Source: Octopus bimaculoides
Lineage: Eukaryota
Reading direction: 5' to 3'
Assembly: GCF_001194135.2 (NCBI RefSeq)
Contig: NC_069004.1
Span: 31,264,756-31,328,755, forward strand
DNA length: 64,000 nt
Shown here: piece after piece, positions 1 through 12,101 of the stretch
How the letters are laid out: every line of letters begins with the position of its first letter
How positions within the stretch are numbered: position 1 is the stretch's first letter
Position numbers and translations under genes: made by a program
The notes under the pieces: model-generated
What the model was told of the DNA's origin: nothing
The model's input: the letters and a program-made list of their open reading frames with translations, nothing else
Database searches by the model: none

Positions 1-139
1 CCTTCCAGTAATTTTAACCCCACCACCACCACCACTACCATCCCACCTCTGCTTTCAGTTAATTAGCTACATTTAGTAATCTTTTAATTACTGGCTCCTA
101 CATTTCTGTGCAATTAATCTTAGCTTGTATTACCACCAC

Positions 140-610
140 CACGCAGTCATAACAATCTGTATGATACTTTTCATAGCAATTTTTATAGTAGTCATTATAA
201 CAATCTTTGTAGCAGTTTTAACAGCAGTTTTTATAACAGTCATTATTGGAGTTTAATGGCAGTCATAATAGCAGTTTTTATAACAGTCATTATAGGAGTC
301 CTGACAACAGTTTTAATAGCAGTTGTCATAGCAGTTTTATAACAGTCATTACAGGAGTCCTCGCAATAGCTTTAATAGCAGTCATAATAACAGTTTTTAT
401 AGTAGTCATAACAATCTTCATAGCAGTTTTAACAGCAGTTATAGCAATTTTCATTTCAGTGTCAACAGCAGCTCTTATAGCAGTTTTCATAATCATAGTA
501 GTATTCATATCAGTCCTTGTAGCAATCACCATAACAACCATCATAGCAGTTTTCATAATAGTTCTTATTTTAATCCTCAAAGCAGTTTTCAGAACAGTTT
601 TAATATGTCC
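140..610. repeat. Degenerate 12-bp-period repeat (ATAGCAGTTTTT-like)
   Basis: Units atagcagttttt / ataacagtcatt / ataggagtcctg; contains frameshifts. Source of track ORFs 246-653 and 326-682. Confidence 0.75.
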
Positions 611-1521
611 TTCGTTTTTCTTTTCACCAGACAGCAAACTGGGGGTTATTTGACTGTTATTTCTAGCATGCTGACTAACCACGTAGAGGTTTGTTCTTTA
701 GCTAGCGGCATTAGCAGCTATTGATCATTGTAGTGGTGGTGGTGATGATGATGACGACGATGATGATGTAGAGTGAAGGCGGTAGTGGTAACGATAGTGA
801 AGGTGGTAGTGCTAATGAGGGTAGTGGTGGCTATGGTGGTAGTAGTAGTGGTGGTTGTGGTGGCTGTAGTAATGTTTGTTGCCGTAGTAGTGGCTATGAT
901 GGTTATAGTAGTGCTGGTTGCGGTGATGATGGTCTAGGGGGGAAGTGTTATTGTTGGTAATGACAGTGGTGGTCAAGGTTGTGGTAGTGGTGGTTGATGG
1001 TTGTTGTTGTATTCGTGATGCTAATAGTATTTAAATAAGTTTTTATGTCTCCCTCCCCTAAAACCCCAACCGTTCCTGCCCCTCCCTCCTCGTTTCCCTT
1101 TCTTTCTACCCCTACTCCTTCTCCTCCTCCTCTAATATCACCTGGTCATCTCCCACATCTGCCTGCCCCCACCCCACTATTTAACCAATCCCCTGCTGCT
1201 CATGTCCCCCTCTTTCTTCCTTTCTCATAAAACAACCCCCTCTTTCTTCCTCCTCTACAACTCCCTTCTAACATCACCTAATGCTCATTCCCCCCCTCCT
1301 CCACATTTAGTACATTACCTTCCTCCTCCTCCTCCTAATATCACCTGCTCNNNNNNNNNNNNNNNNNNNNNNNNNNNNNNNNNNNNNNNNNNNNNNNNNN
1401 NNNNNNNNNNNNNNNNNNNNNNNNNNNNNNNNNNNNNNNNNNNNNNNNNNNNNNNNNNNNNNNNNNNNNNNNNNNNNNNNNNNNNNNNNNNNNNNNNNNN
1501 NNNNNNNNNNNNNNNNNNNNN

Positions 1522-1534
1522 GCTCTTCCGATCT
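1522..1534. other. Illumina adapter remnant GCTCTTCCGATCT at a contig edge
   Basis: Exact 13-mer directly after N-gap 1351-1521. Confidence 0.85.
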
Positions 1535-2002
1535 GACATGTCCACCAAGAATCTCTTGTCAATGCAGACGCCACTAATGAGAGATTTCATGGAGCCATGC
1601 AGACAACGATGCTCAACTAATTGTCTTGCTTTCATCCGCATCATAAATAAATGAGAGAATAAAGTGATGGTCGTCATGATGGTGGTTGTGGTGGTGATGA
1701 CGGTGGGATGGTGCTGATGGTAACTGCAGCAGTGTCCACTATGGCGTTTGTGGCCGTAGTTGTTGTTGGTGGTGGTGGTGGAGTAATGTAGGAAGTGGTG
1801 TCGGTGTTGGTGACAAATGCAATGGTTCTTGGCATGAGATTTAAAATCTGAGTCTAGAGCACATATACATATACATGCATATATATATATATGTGTGTGT
1901 GGTAATGAGCTTGCTTCCCAATCATATGGTTCCTGGTTCAGTCCCACAGCATGGCACTTTGGGCAAGACAGACAGACAGACAGACAGATAGATAGATAAT
2001 AA

Positions 2003-2236
2003 GATGGTGAGCTGGCAGAAACGTTAGCACACCGGGTGAAATGCCTAGTGGTATTTTGTCTGCCGTTATGTTCTAAGTTCAAATTCCGCCGAGGTCGATT
2101 TTGCTTTTCATCCTTTCGGGGTTGATAAATTAAGTACCAGTTATGCACTGGAGGTCGATGTAATCGACTTAATCCTTTTGTCTGTCCTTGTTTGTCCCCT
2201 CTATATTTAGCCCCTTGTGGGCAATAAAGAAATAAG
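2003..2236 (+). mobile_element. tRNA-headed SINE family A, representative copy. Others at about 5427, 8860, 15450, 23650-24020, 25610, 26370, 28680, 31560-32390, 36183, 44440, 45480, 48940 and 51228.
   Basis: Repeated gagctggcagaaacgttagc...gttctgagttcaaattcc (B-box)...ctttcatcctttcggggtcgataaattaagtaccag...gggcaataaagaaataag. Confidence 0.9.
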
Positions 2237-3042
2237 ATAGACAGATAGATATAGTTTGGGTCAGTGTGTATTTGATGGTGCTGTTCATTTAGTGGTTTCG
2301 GAGATTTGCATCTCTCTTGCCTGATTCCTATTTGACCTGGTCCCTAACCCCAACTGCATTGCAAAATGTGAAGGGTATATTTTTCATAGCAACATCATTA
2401 AGATGGTGTCATGTACTCAACATAACTAAAGGTACCTCTAATCCTTGCACCTTACAGGTTACACTGGGAGTAATTTTACACGGCACCAGCACTGCAAGGG
2501 TAGCCATGTCTGCAACACAACTCCAGAGACCTCTTGACCCCATTTTTTTCATTCATCATCCTATTTATAGGGTGACAGACACAAAAGATAAGGCAAACAG
2601 AAGCATGAAGGATAGCGATAAGTCCTTAGAGAGTTGAGATAAGGAGCACTTGGCATTCCCAGACACACATCTAGAGTCAAGGTAATGTGAGTGAGGGGTT
2701 AGAGTGATAACAGAGATATGACCCTGGAGTTTGAGTGAGTACACAGCCTTATAAATATGTTTGCCTGCCTGCCTGTCTGTATGTATGTATGTATGTATGC
2801 ATATATGCAATTGTTTGTTTGTGTGTGTGTGTATGAGTTTGTGTTGTGTGTGTGAATTTGTATATGGGAGTTTGCGGAATTTGGGTGTGTATGTGTGCAT
2901 GTGTGTGTGTGTGTGACTGTGTGTATGAGTATTTGTAGGGGGTTGTGTGAGAGTGTGTGTGTGTGTGTGTATGTTCGTATGTGTATGTGTGTATGCATGT
3001 GTGATTTTGTGCATGTCACTGTATGTGGCTGCNNNNNNNNNN

Positions 3043-3091
<49 letters not shown>

Positions 3092-3170
3092 TATGTGTTT
3101 GTGTGCATGAATGTACATAATATTATTTGAACTTTTATTTACATTTACCAAATAAATCTGCTTCCTGCAG

Positions 3171-3706
3171 GAATATGACTTACCAAATTTCCTTCAAGGT
3201 TTGGAACGAGAGCAGACTCTACACATCGTCCTCACCTACAGCAGGAATTTGCAGAAGACGACACAAGATGGCGCCAGTTCAGATATTCGTCAAAGCCAGA
3301 GCAGCTTATTCTTAAACACTTTATTTACAAAATCACAACCTTCCAAAGCGCCGACCAATCATCGGAAATCAAGTTTTGATGAGACATTATTGCAATCTTC
3401 AAGAAGTATTGTGGATCATTCTATGGACGGAAGCAACACACTTCTCTCTACGTCATTGCCATCAAATCTATGGCACACTCTGGAGAAAAACGGCAATGGG
3501 ACCAACACATCTGAAGAAATCTCTATTGGCAAATGTAAGTACAAGCCAAGTTTGATCCACCGTATCAGGAAACCATTCTCAAGAGTTTGGTATAATTTCC
3601 TCAATATCAAACGGCATGGAATGTTGAAGAACAGACACAGCACCTCGAAGGTGCGACTAAAGATCGATGAAGATTCAGACATTGACAGCAAAGATGAGAA
3701 TGAGAG
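3171..3706 (+). CDS. C12orf56: C12orf56/DUF4551-like protein, first coding exon visible in window (EYDLPNFLQGLEREQTLHIVLTYS...DSKDENE); phase 0 to 2
   Basis: Acceptor cttcctgcag|GAA and donor AG|gtaaat. Open frame includes track ORF 3201-3710. The start resembles recalled human C12orf56 DDYPEFLSSPDREISQHIRIIYS. Confidence 0.85.
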
Positions 3707-4285
3707 GTAAATGGAGTTTGTATGGTTCCATTCTCTTTTTACATTTGGCTTGTTTTGTGGTGGTTTTTGAAAATTTTTATTTGTTATGGTGCAGGTTTAG
3801 TCAAGCAGTTAAGAAGTTTGCTTCTTAACCACACAACATATCACTAGACATGTGCGTACAAACAGATGTATGTATGTCATTATTCGGTTCTGTTTCAGGA
3901 TTTCTTGCCAATAGCAAAAGAGCCGGTTTCTAACCTAGACCCAAGGCTCTTTCACTGCAATTTCAACAACATCAATCGCAGTTGTGGCAGGTACCGGTGT
4001 CACGCAAATCGATACCCATGCCAGTGACATGTAAAAGCATCCCGGCGTCACACAAATGGCACCTACGTCAGTGGCACATAAAAGCACCCTCTCGGAGTAG
4101 TTAGCGTTAGGAAGGGCATCTAGCCATAGAAAACCATGCCAAATCAGACTGGAGTCTGGTGCAGCCTTCCAGCATGTCAGCCCGGTCAAACCGTCCAATC
4201 CATGCCAGCATGGACAACAGACGACGACGACGTCGACGATGATGATGATGATGATGAACAGGGTATTTTTGTATGTATGTATGTG

Positions 4286-4317
<32 letters not shown>

Positions 4318-4610
4318 TGCATGTATATGTACAAATTTGTATGTTTTGTTTTATTCATGCAATCTTAACGGTTCAGCAAAACAAAACCCATAGAATAAGC
4401 ACCTGGCTTTTAAAAACAATAAGTTCTGGGATTGATTCATTCGACTAAAAATTCTTCAAGGCGGTACCCCAGCATGGCCGTGGTCTAACGACTGAAACAA
4501 AAAAAATTTTAAAGATGTAAAAGCTGGGACAGTACATGTTTATTGCGGTAGAACAGATACAGGGCTGTTCCCATTATAGAAGAAAGGGTGGGAGTAACTA
4601 GGATCTGTAG

Positions 4611-4656
<46 letters not shown>

Positions 4657-4954
4657 GTATGTAATATGATTAAAAAACACACAAAAACTCCCTCGGGAGA
4701 TAGTGTTGGGAATATCTAAGAATGACAAGCAAGGGAGGTAACTCCAACCAAGTGAAAATTTTGAGACAAGACTAACGCTTAATTAGAAGTGGATCCCGGT
4801 TTTCATAACCGTCTGGTTAAAGTTAGTTAACAAGAAACGATCCAGTTACAAATACATGATTACCTCTTTTTTATTTCCACTGGCCATTCTATCTTATCTA
4901 ATGCCACAAATTCTACCTTTTACTTTAAAAAAAAATAACAACAACAAAAAGCAG

Positions 4955-5135
4955 GTTGCCATCACCAAGGGACATTTCTGAAAGTAAAACAAAGACATTA
5001 CGTGGTTCCAAAGTGTCACACAACCCAGGGAAATCTTCCAATGCCATGCAGGTGTATGTCCTCAATGTGTATTTGCTGAAGAACAACTCTCCATCATTGG
5101 ACCTCATTAGGTATGCCTGGGATAATTACTTGATT
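4955..5135 (+). CDS. C12orf56: C12orf56-like exon (LPSPRDIS...VLNVYLLKNNSPSLDLIRYAWDNYLI); phase 2 to 0
   Basis: Donor ATT|gtaagt and tandem aag/cag acceptor. Phase matches the neighbouring exons. Resembles human LHLYVISTTSSIFLHLKSSWNNYII. Confidence 0.8.
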
Positions 5136-5832
5136 GTAAGTGAATAACAATACTTAATTCTTCTTCTTCTTGTTCTGCTTCTTCTTCCTCCTTCTCCCTT
5201 CCCTCCACCTCCAGTGATGTATCGCAGGGAGTTCTGTCTCTGTAATCCACTGAACTTCTGTCTCAAATTTCTGGCCCTTGTTCCAATGTCGGAAATGCCA
5301 AAAAAGGTTGACTTTGCTTTCATCCTGTGGGATCAATAAAATAAGGGACCAGAATCAATGTAATCAACTAGAACTTTCCCCCAAAATTTCAAGCCTTTTG
5401 CTTATAGTAGAAAGGGTTATTATTAAAGGCAGCGAGCTGGCAGAAACGTTAGCAAGCCGGGCAAAATGTTTAGCAGTATTTCGTCTGCCTTTACGTTCTG
5501 AGTTCAAATTCCACCGAGGTCGACTTTGCCTTTCATCCTTTCTAGGTCAATAAATTAAGTACCAGTTGTGTATTGGGGTCAATCTAATTGACTGCCCCCC
5601 CCTCCCCAAAAATTTCGGGCCTTGTGCCTACAATAATAAAGTATTTTGTCTACCACTCCATTCTAAGTTCAAATTCCACTGAGGTCAACACTGCCTTTCA
5701 TCTTTTCTGGGTCAATAAATTAAGTACCAGTGAAACACTGGGGTCAATGTAATCGACTAGTCCCCTCCCCAACAATTTCAGGCCTTATGTCTATAGTAGA
5801 AAGGCTTATTATTATTTTTTTCTTTAATACAG

Positions 5833-5900
5833 AGGTCTACAGAGCAACAGTCCAATAGAAGGTGTACTGATGTCTCTACACAGGACAGTCAAAGTCTAAG
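5833..5900 (+). CDS. C12orf56: C12orf56-like exon (RSTEQQSNRRCTDVSTQDSQSL); phase 0 to 2
   Basis: Acceptor ttttttctttaatacag|AGG and donor AG|gtatgt. 68 nt, open, and supplies exactly the phase change needed between the flanking exons. Little sequence similarity. Confidence 0.7.
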
Positions 5901-6619
5901 GTATGTGAGTAGTTGTGATGATGATGGGGTGGGGGATGGTGGTGGGTGGTGTGGGGTCACGGTGGGTAGAATTGATGAGTGGTGGCAGTGGTGGTGCTGT
6001 TACTGGCAGTGGTCAATGTCATTTTAAAAATATAGTCCCATCATCCAAATCGCAAAGCTACAAGATATCAGGCCCAAAATATTCTATCTGTTCTATGGTC
6101 AAACTGGCCAGATCTAGCCTCTCACACCTACCCTACAGTGTTATTTTAAAAACAAACGATTACATCATTTTTAAAATAAACATGAGTATTATCTCAAAGC
6201 TATGAAATAATGCAGGATTAATGCAAAACAATATGAATGAATAAGCATTACACAGACATGCTAGAAAAAACCTGTTAAGCCAAGTGAGATGATAGTCGTG
6301 GCTGATGCTGGTGTCACGTGACTAGCACCTATGCCTGTGGCATGTAAAAAGCACCCACTACGCTCTCGGAGTGGTTGGTGTTAGGAAGGGTATCCAGCTG
6401 TAGAAACCATGCCAAATTAGATTGGAACTTGGTGCAGCTCCCCAGCTAACCAGTTTTCAGTCAAACCATCCAACCCATGCCAGTATAGAAAACGGATGTT
6501 AAATGATGATGATGTTTTGACAGGGTGATATGAGTATGAAAGGGTTAAGGAAATTGTGAAATAAAAAAAAAGCCTGAATTTTATGTAAACATCTCTTTTT
6601 TCCTTTTCTCCCCCTGCAG

Positions 6620-6874
6620 TGTCCAGCCAGAAGTCCTGTTTGTTCGAATAAAACAAGAATTGCTCAGTGAAAACGACTACTCTGACGTGTTGTTCTTTTT
6701 GTGCTCAAGACTACATACATCTGCTCTCTCCTGCTTTACAATAAAGAAGCTGTTCTGGAAGGATCCAGAGCTTTTCATGTTTTTTGTTGGAATACTTTGT
6801 AAATATGTTCCCGGATTTGTGTCGAATGGAGGCGGAACCGTCTGTGATAGCAAAGATGACAACAAACTGCAAAG
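6620..6874 (+). CDS. C12orf56: C12orf56-like exon (VQPEVLFVRIKQELL...FTIKKLFWKDPELFMFFVGILCKYVP...KLQ); phase 2 to 2
   Basis: Acceptor ttttctcccccctgcag|T and donor AG|gtagat. IKKLFWKDPELF matches recalled human LKRLFWKTSDLF. Confidence 0.9.
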
Positions 6875-7204
6875 GTAGATGTTGTTTCATTTTCATATCT
6901 TTTGTGATTTGTACTTCTGATAAGCCTTTGAAATATTTATAGGCTACAGAAGACAATTGCTATGTGAGGATATGTATGCATATATATATATCATCATCAT
7001 CATCATTGTTGAATGTCTGCTTTCCATGCTGGCATGGGTTCGATGGCTTGACTAAGGTCTGGAAAGCCAGTGGGCTGCACCAGGCTCCAAGCTGATCTGG
7101 CAATGTTTCTACAGCTAGATGCCCTTCCTAACACCAACCACAGGAGCCAGTCTGCCAGACAGTGTATGTACGTATGCATATGTATGTGGGTGTGTGTGTG
7201 TGTG

Positions 7205-7313
<109 letters not shown>

Positions 7314-7329
7314 GTATATATATGTGTAT

Positions 7330-7632
7330 GTGTGTATATAAATAAGTAACAATTTATGAATTTTCATGGGAGTTCTACCCCCTTTAAGCCATCTCAAATT
7401 CAAACCAAACGTACTGCATTATACCTGCCCTTATGTATTGAATCTAAGTTCCAAGTATCATAAGGATCCGTTCAGTAATTTTGGCCCATGAAATTGTCTG
7501 AAACACACAGCATTACCCTTCTCCCTAAGCTTGGATTTTGTGTTCCAAATTTCATTAGGATCGGTGCAGTAGCTTTCAAATGCATAAGTAACACACAAAC
7601 ACACATAAAGACATTGACTTTTATATAATAGA
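7330..7632 (-). mobile_element. Helitron-like non-autonomous element, 5' part; a related segment lies at about 33500-33900
   Basis: Minus strand begins A|TCTATTATATAAAAGTC followed by a GT microsatellite. Shares aatttatgaattttcatggg with about 33862. Confidence 0.5.
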
Positions 7633-7672
7633 TATGAATATATACATATACATGTATGTGTGTGTGTGTGTG

Positions 7673-7712
<40 letters not shown>

Positions 7713-8442
7713 TTACCTGATATTCCACTCAGTGGGACTGAACCCAGAACCATGTTGTTGGGAAGCAAGCTTCTTCCCACACAGTCACAGCCCAAACTTT
7801 CGAAACTTGTTTAGTTCGTTGTCAAAGAAATAACAATTAAATCATTGCAAACATTATTAAGTCTTCCTGTAAAGAAACGTGTGGCGTGTTACAAAAAAAG
7901 GTGGCACAAAGGTGTGTTGCAGGGTGGAGGCAAATTTCTTTCAGATTTTCCAGATGTTGTGGGCCGAAGGTTTTTCCACTTTGGGTACAAAAGAAATAAT
8001 CTCACTGGAGCACTTCCCAAATAATTGTGTGTATATACAATGAACTTCTATACACAATATACACCCTTGTCGTGTCCTGTAGGTGGCGGCAGCAGCAGCG
8101 GTGGTGGTGGTGAGGATGGTAGTGGTGGTGGTGTTGTGGTTGTTGGAAGTGGTACTGGAGGTAGCAGCAACAGCATTGGAGTGACAGTTGAGGTGATGAT
8201 GATCATCATTATCATCAGGGTGGTGGTGGTGGTGGTGGTGGTGGTGGAGGTGGTGATGATGATGATGATGAAGCATGTGAAAATGACAATGATGACAATA
8301 ATGCTACTGCTGCAGCCACCGCTGATGATGATGATGGTGATGATGATGATGACAATAACGATGATGATGACGGTGATGGTGGTGATGATGACGATGCTAA
8401 ACAAGAGTAGTACCATGCATATTTTTTCTTCTTCCATTCCAG

Positions 8443-8532
8443 TCTGTTGTGCCTAGTTTTGGAAATTCTGCGAGTCATGTTCCGAGAAACCGAAGTCCTG
8501 TCGTCCCGAATATCAACACTTGTTGCAGCCAA
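8443..8532 (+). CDS. C12orf56: C12orf56-like exon (LLCLVLEILRVMFRETEVLSSRISTLVAA); phase 2 to 2
   Basis: Acceptor ttcttccattccag|T and donor AA|gtaaga. MFRETE..SSR..TL matches human LMFRETETESSRLNTLAAK. Confidence 0.9.
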
Positions 8533-9443
8533 GTAAGACCCTACATCTATGTTGTTGCTTCTAAGGTCGTGAGTTCGATTTCCCGGTGTCACATTATATC
8601 CTTGAGCAAGACACTTCATTTCACGTTGCTCCGAGTCTACTCAGCTGGCAAAAATGACTTGTCCCTGTAATTCAAAAGGGCCAGCCTCGCCCCATTCTGT
8701 GTGTCACACTGAATCACCCAGAGAACTACATTAAGGGTACGTGTGTCTGTGGAGCATTCAACCACTTTTGTGTTAATTTCATGAGCAGGCTGTTCCATTG
8801 ATTGTAACCTGCTGGAGAGCCAGGCCATATGTTGTTGCTGTTGGTGTTATTGTTGTTCTTTAACATGCTGCACAAAATGCTTAGCAGTATTTCGCCCGTC
8901 TCTACGTTCTGAGTTCAAATTCTCCCGAAGTCGACTCCGCCTTTCATACTCTCGGGGTCGATAAATTAAGTGCCCGTGAAACACTGGGGGTCAATGTAAT
9001 CGACGTAACCCCTCCCCCGAAATTTCAGGCCTTTTGTTTTTAGTAGAAAGGATTATTATTATTGTTGTTCTTGTTGGTGGTGGTGGTCGTCGTGGTCGCC
9101 ATGGTATTGCTTATGTTGCTGCTGCTGTAGTCAATATTGTTGTTGTTGTTGTTCATAAGCTACTCGAGCCCTGCCGTTGAGGTTGGCACGATCAATCGGT
9201 GCTGCGACACGTTGTGTCATTGTTGTTAATGCTCATTCAATGCTACTTCAGCGTTGAACTATATCAAGTTATGTAGGTGTTACTGAGTTCATGAAACTAC
9301 ATACCTTGTCTTCGTAGCATTAATAAAAAAAACACCCAGTTTAAATATCCTAAACTACTGACAAACATTTCTGCGCACACAAACACGGACAGACAGATAG
9401 ATAGATAGATAGATAGATATAAAGAAATAGATATATAGATAGA

Positions 9444-9475
<32 letters not shown>

Positions 9476-9570
9476 TAGATAGATAGATAGATATACATAT
9501 ATAGATATAGATAAATATTTATCAACATCATTGATATATATATATCATAATATAAATGTGCATATATATA

Positions 9571-9745
9571 TACGAGGGGTGCTGAAAAGTTCCTGCTTTT
9601 AAGGATATCATGAAAGGCCTGGTTGGAGGCCCAACCTTCCGAGTTTCTTCTACGGGGCTTAGAAAAACTGGATAAAACCATAATTAACTGATCCTCCAGT
9701 ATTTTCTTTTATCGAAAGCTAGGAACTTTTCTGCACCCACGCGTA
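9571..9745. mobile_element. Mariner-derived MITE (175 bp) in TA context; a partial related end lies at about 49465-49525
   Basis: TIRs tacgaggggtgctgaaaagttcct and aggaacttttctgcacccacgcgta. Confidence 0.75.
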
Positions 9746-11057
9746 TATATTTATGTTTATATAACTCTATGTATACATCCTTCTGTATAAATGCAAATGT
9801 ATGTGGTTATGTGTGTTTAGCCCTGAAATGCTCTGAAACAGCGAATTTGATTTTTGAAATGTGTTCCAAAGGCAAGGCCGTCTATAAATAAATAATAAGG
9901 AAAAAATATAATTTGCTACGAAGAATGACTCAACTTTTAGATTGACAATTTTCCCGCCCTCTACCTGTTNNNNNNNNNNNNNNNNNNNNNNNNNNNNNNN
10001 NNNNNNNNNNNNNNNNNNNNNNNNNNNNNNNNNNNNNNNNNNNNNNNNNNNNNNNNNNNNNNNNNNNNNNNNNNNNNNNNNNNNNNNNNNNNNNNNNNNN
10101 NNNNNNNNNNNNNNNNNNNNNNNNNNNNNNNNNNNNNNNNNNNNNNNNNNNNNNNNNNNNNNNNNNNNNNNNNNNNNNNNNNNNNNNNNNNNNNNNNNNN
10201 NNNNNNNNNNNNNNNNNNNNNNNNNNNNNNNNNNNNNNNNNNNNNNNNNNNNNNNNNNNNNNNNNNNNNNNNNNNNNNNNNNNNNNNNNNNNNNNNNNNN
10301 NNNNNNNNNNNNNNNNNNNNNNNNNNNNNNNNNNNNNNNNNNNNNNNNNNNNNNNNNNNNNNNNNNNNNNNNNNNNNNNNNNNNNNNNNNNNNNNNNNNN
10401 NNNNNNNNNNNNNNNGTCCATTCACGATGCCTCAGGCGGGCAAAAAGACGCCGACATTCACCTCTCTCCTCTCACTTCCCCTCTCGCGCTTCCTCTTCCG
10501 GTCAGTCCCTTGACCATTGACGTCATGACCCTCGTCTTCCGTCTCATCCCCACACGCCCCACTGATCTCAAAGATCACCTCCTCACTTCACTCCATGTCG
10601 AAATCTACCACCCACCCAGGTGGGCTCCTTGCATGTTGTGATCTTCCTAAGCTGAGAACCTCATTCTCTTCCTCTTCTCCACAACCATCATCCAACGAAG
10701 ACATGATGCGGCATTCCCTCCACAGAAATGTTGCTTTTGGAATTGACAGCCATCCCTATTCCTCTGTTCCACAGAGTTGTGCGACATGCCCTTGGTGGCT
10801 TGACCCCGACTTCATCTTCCACCTCCACACGGTATCTCAATGGTTTTACTTGGATGCTGCCATTCATATTTGAATATCGCTTTTATGTGGCATAGACACT
10901 CTTTGGCCTCATTTGATCAGAGAGATTTATGCAGTAGTGATATGTTGAAGTAGTTGTACGTTGTCAACTTAATGTGAAATCAGTGAATGTATTTCACTAG
11001 AATTATTATATGTTTACAAGAGCTTGACAGGCATCTTTGACTAGCAGGTCATGCTAC

Positions 11058-11100
11058 TCCAGACTGATGACGAGCAAAGACTCAGAAACATGTCTCTGGA
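11058..11100 (+). ncRNA. Minimal type-I hammerhead ribozyme fold (Penelope/retrozyme style)
   Basis: Helix I UCCAGA/UCUGGA; core CUGAUGA; helix II GAG-caaaga-CUC; GAAA; palindromic helix III ACAUGU; GUC cleavage triplet. An extra C follows A9 and an extra A precedes G12. Confidence 0.6.
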
Positions 11101-12016
11101 TGCAGGCTTAGCTGGGTGGAGGAGCTTGTCTCCCCCTTATAAACGTAAGGACACAGGAAAAGTGTCAAGGCCGACAGGAAGCAGTGCAGCTTCCTACGTC
11201 TAAACAACAGTAGTATTATTCCCTTCAGGGGACTGTCACTTTAAGTTGACAGCATACAACCACTTCATCGTATCACTACTGCATAAATCTCTCTGAGAGA
11301 TTTAGAAATGTATTATTTCTATGGGTTATCACCTCTTCAGCAGTAGAGACCAGATAGGTAAATGCTGCAAACTGACATGAGAGACAGATCCCTCTTATGA
11401 TATTCCCGTCATCATTCAATGACTGGCTGCAATATTCAGTAGCTTGCCATAAACAAGATACAGAATGATAGTGCTAAGCAATGATGTGTATAGATACAAG
11501 CTTGTTGCCAGTTCAAACATGCTTGGGGCATATTTGACCCCATAAGAAAGTCAATCACTGTATTTTGTTATGGTGAGTATTTCTCGCTGCAAGCCTGGTT
11601 TATGTTCAAACTGCTTAGATCTGGCCTTTTTAAAATGTCAATATTAAAATAAACAACCATATCCTTGAAATCCCAAAGCTATGAGATAATGCATGATTAA
11701 TTCAAAATATAAGTAAATAAGCTTTACATTTGACAGAGTAAACTGAATGCCAAAAAACGGTTAAACCAGCAACATCCCACCTCAACCTTCTTCTTGTTTT
11801 ATGTTCAAACTGGTCACGTCTTGCCTCTCATACCTATCCTACAATGTCATTCTAAAGATGAATGATCACATCATTGAAATCTTGAAGCTACAAGATAATC
11901 CATGATTAATTTCAAACAATGTGAATAATTATTAAATTTGACAAAGTAATCTGAATGCTAAAGAGTTAAATTGTATTGGTCCTTGTCTGATTAAATTTAC
12001 TGCTATTTCTCTGTAG

Positions 12017-12101
12017 AGAAGGTGTATTTGAATTAATGAAGATCCTCATTAGTTTGTTGTCAAGGCAACCAGCCCCTATCAGAAAGAGGAACCAGTCACA
12101 G
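12017..12101 (+). CDS. C12orf56: C12orf56-like exon (EGVFELMKILISLLSRQPAPIRKRNQSQ); phase 2 to 0
   Basis: Acceptor tatttctctgtag|A and donor CAG|gtaagt. Resembles human KGALFNLLVILISEPQIP. Confidence 0.8.

Noticed and set aside
2317-2637. 106-aa ORF as the missing N-terminal exon of the C12orf56-like gene
   Set aside because: No resemblance to the expected YVVLSD..YLTENPPK segment and no convincing splice sites in the needed phase.
4925-5107. Protein-looking minus-strand ORF MRSNDGELFF...
   Set aside because: Antisense shadow of the + strand C12orf56-like exon 4955-5135, which has homology and matching phases.
7941-8456. Poly-His/Met/Val/Ile ORFs (also 1315-2148, 2565-3151, 7070-7403, 13386-13781 and 18292-18615)
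   Set aside because: Translations of trinucleotide and dinucleotide microsatellites.
9930-10520. Long ORFs made of X (also at 35580-36265, 37489-38666, 43893-44333, 46557-47347, 49101-49580 and 51351-52268)
   Set aside because: Artefacts of translating N-gaps.
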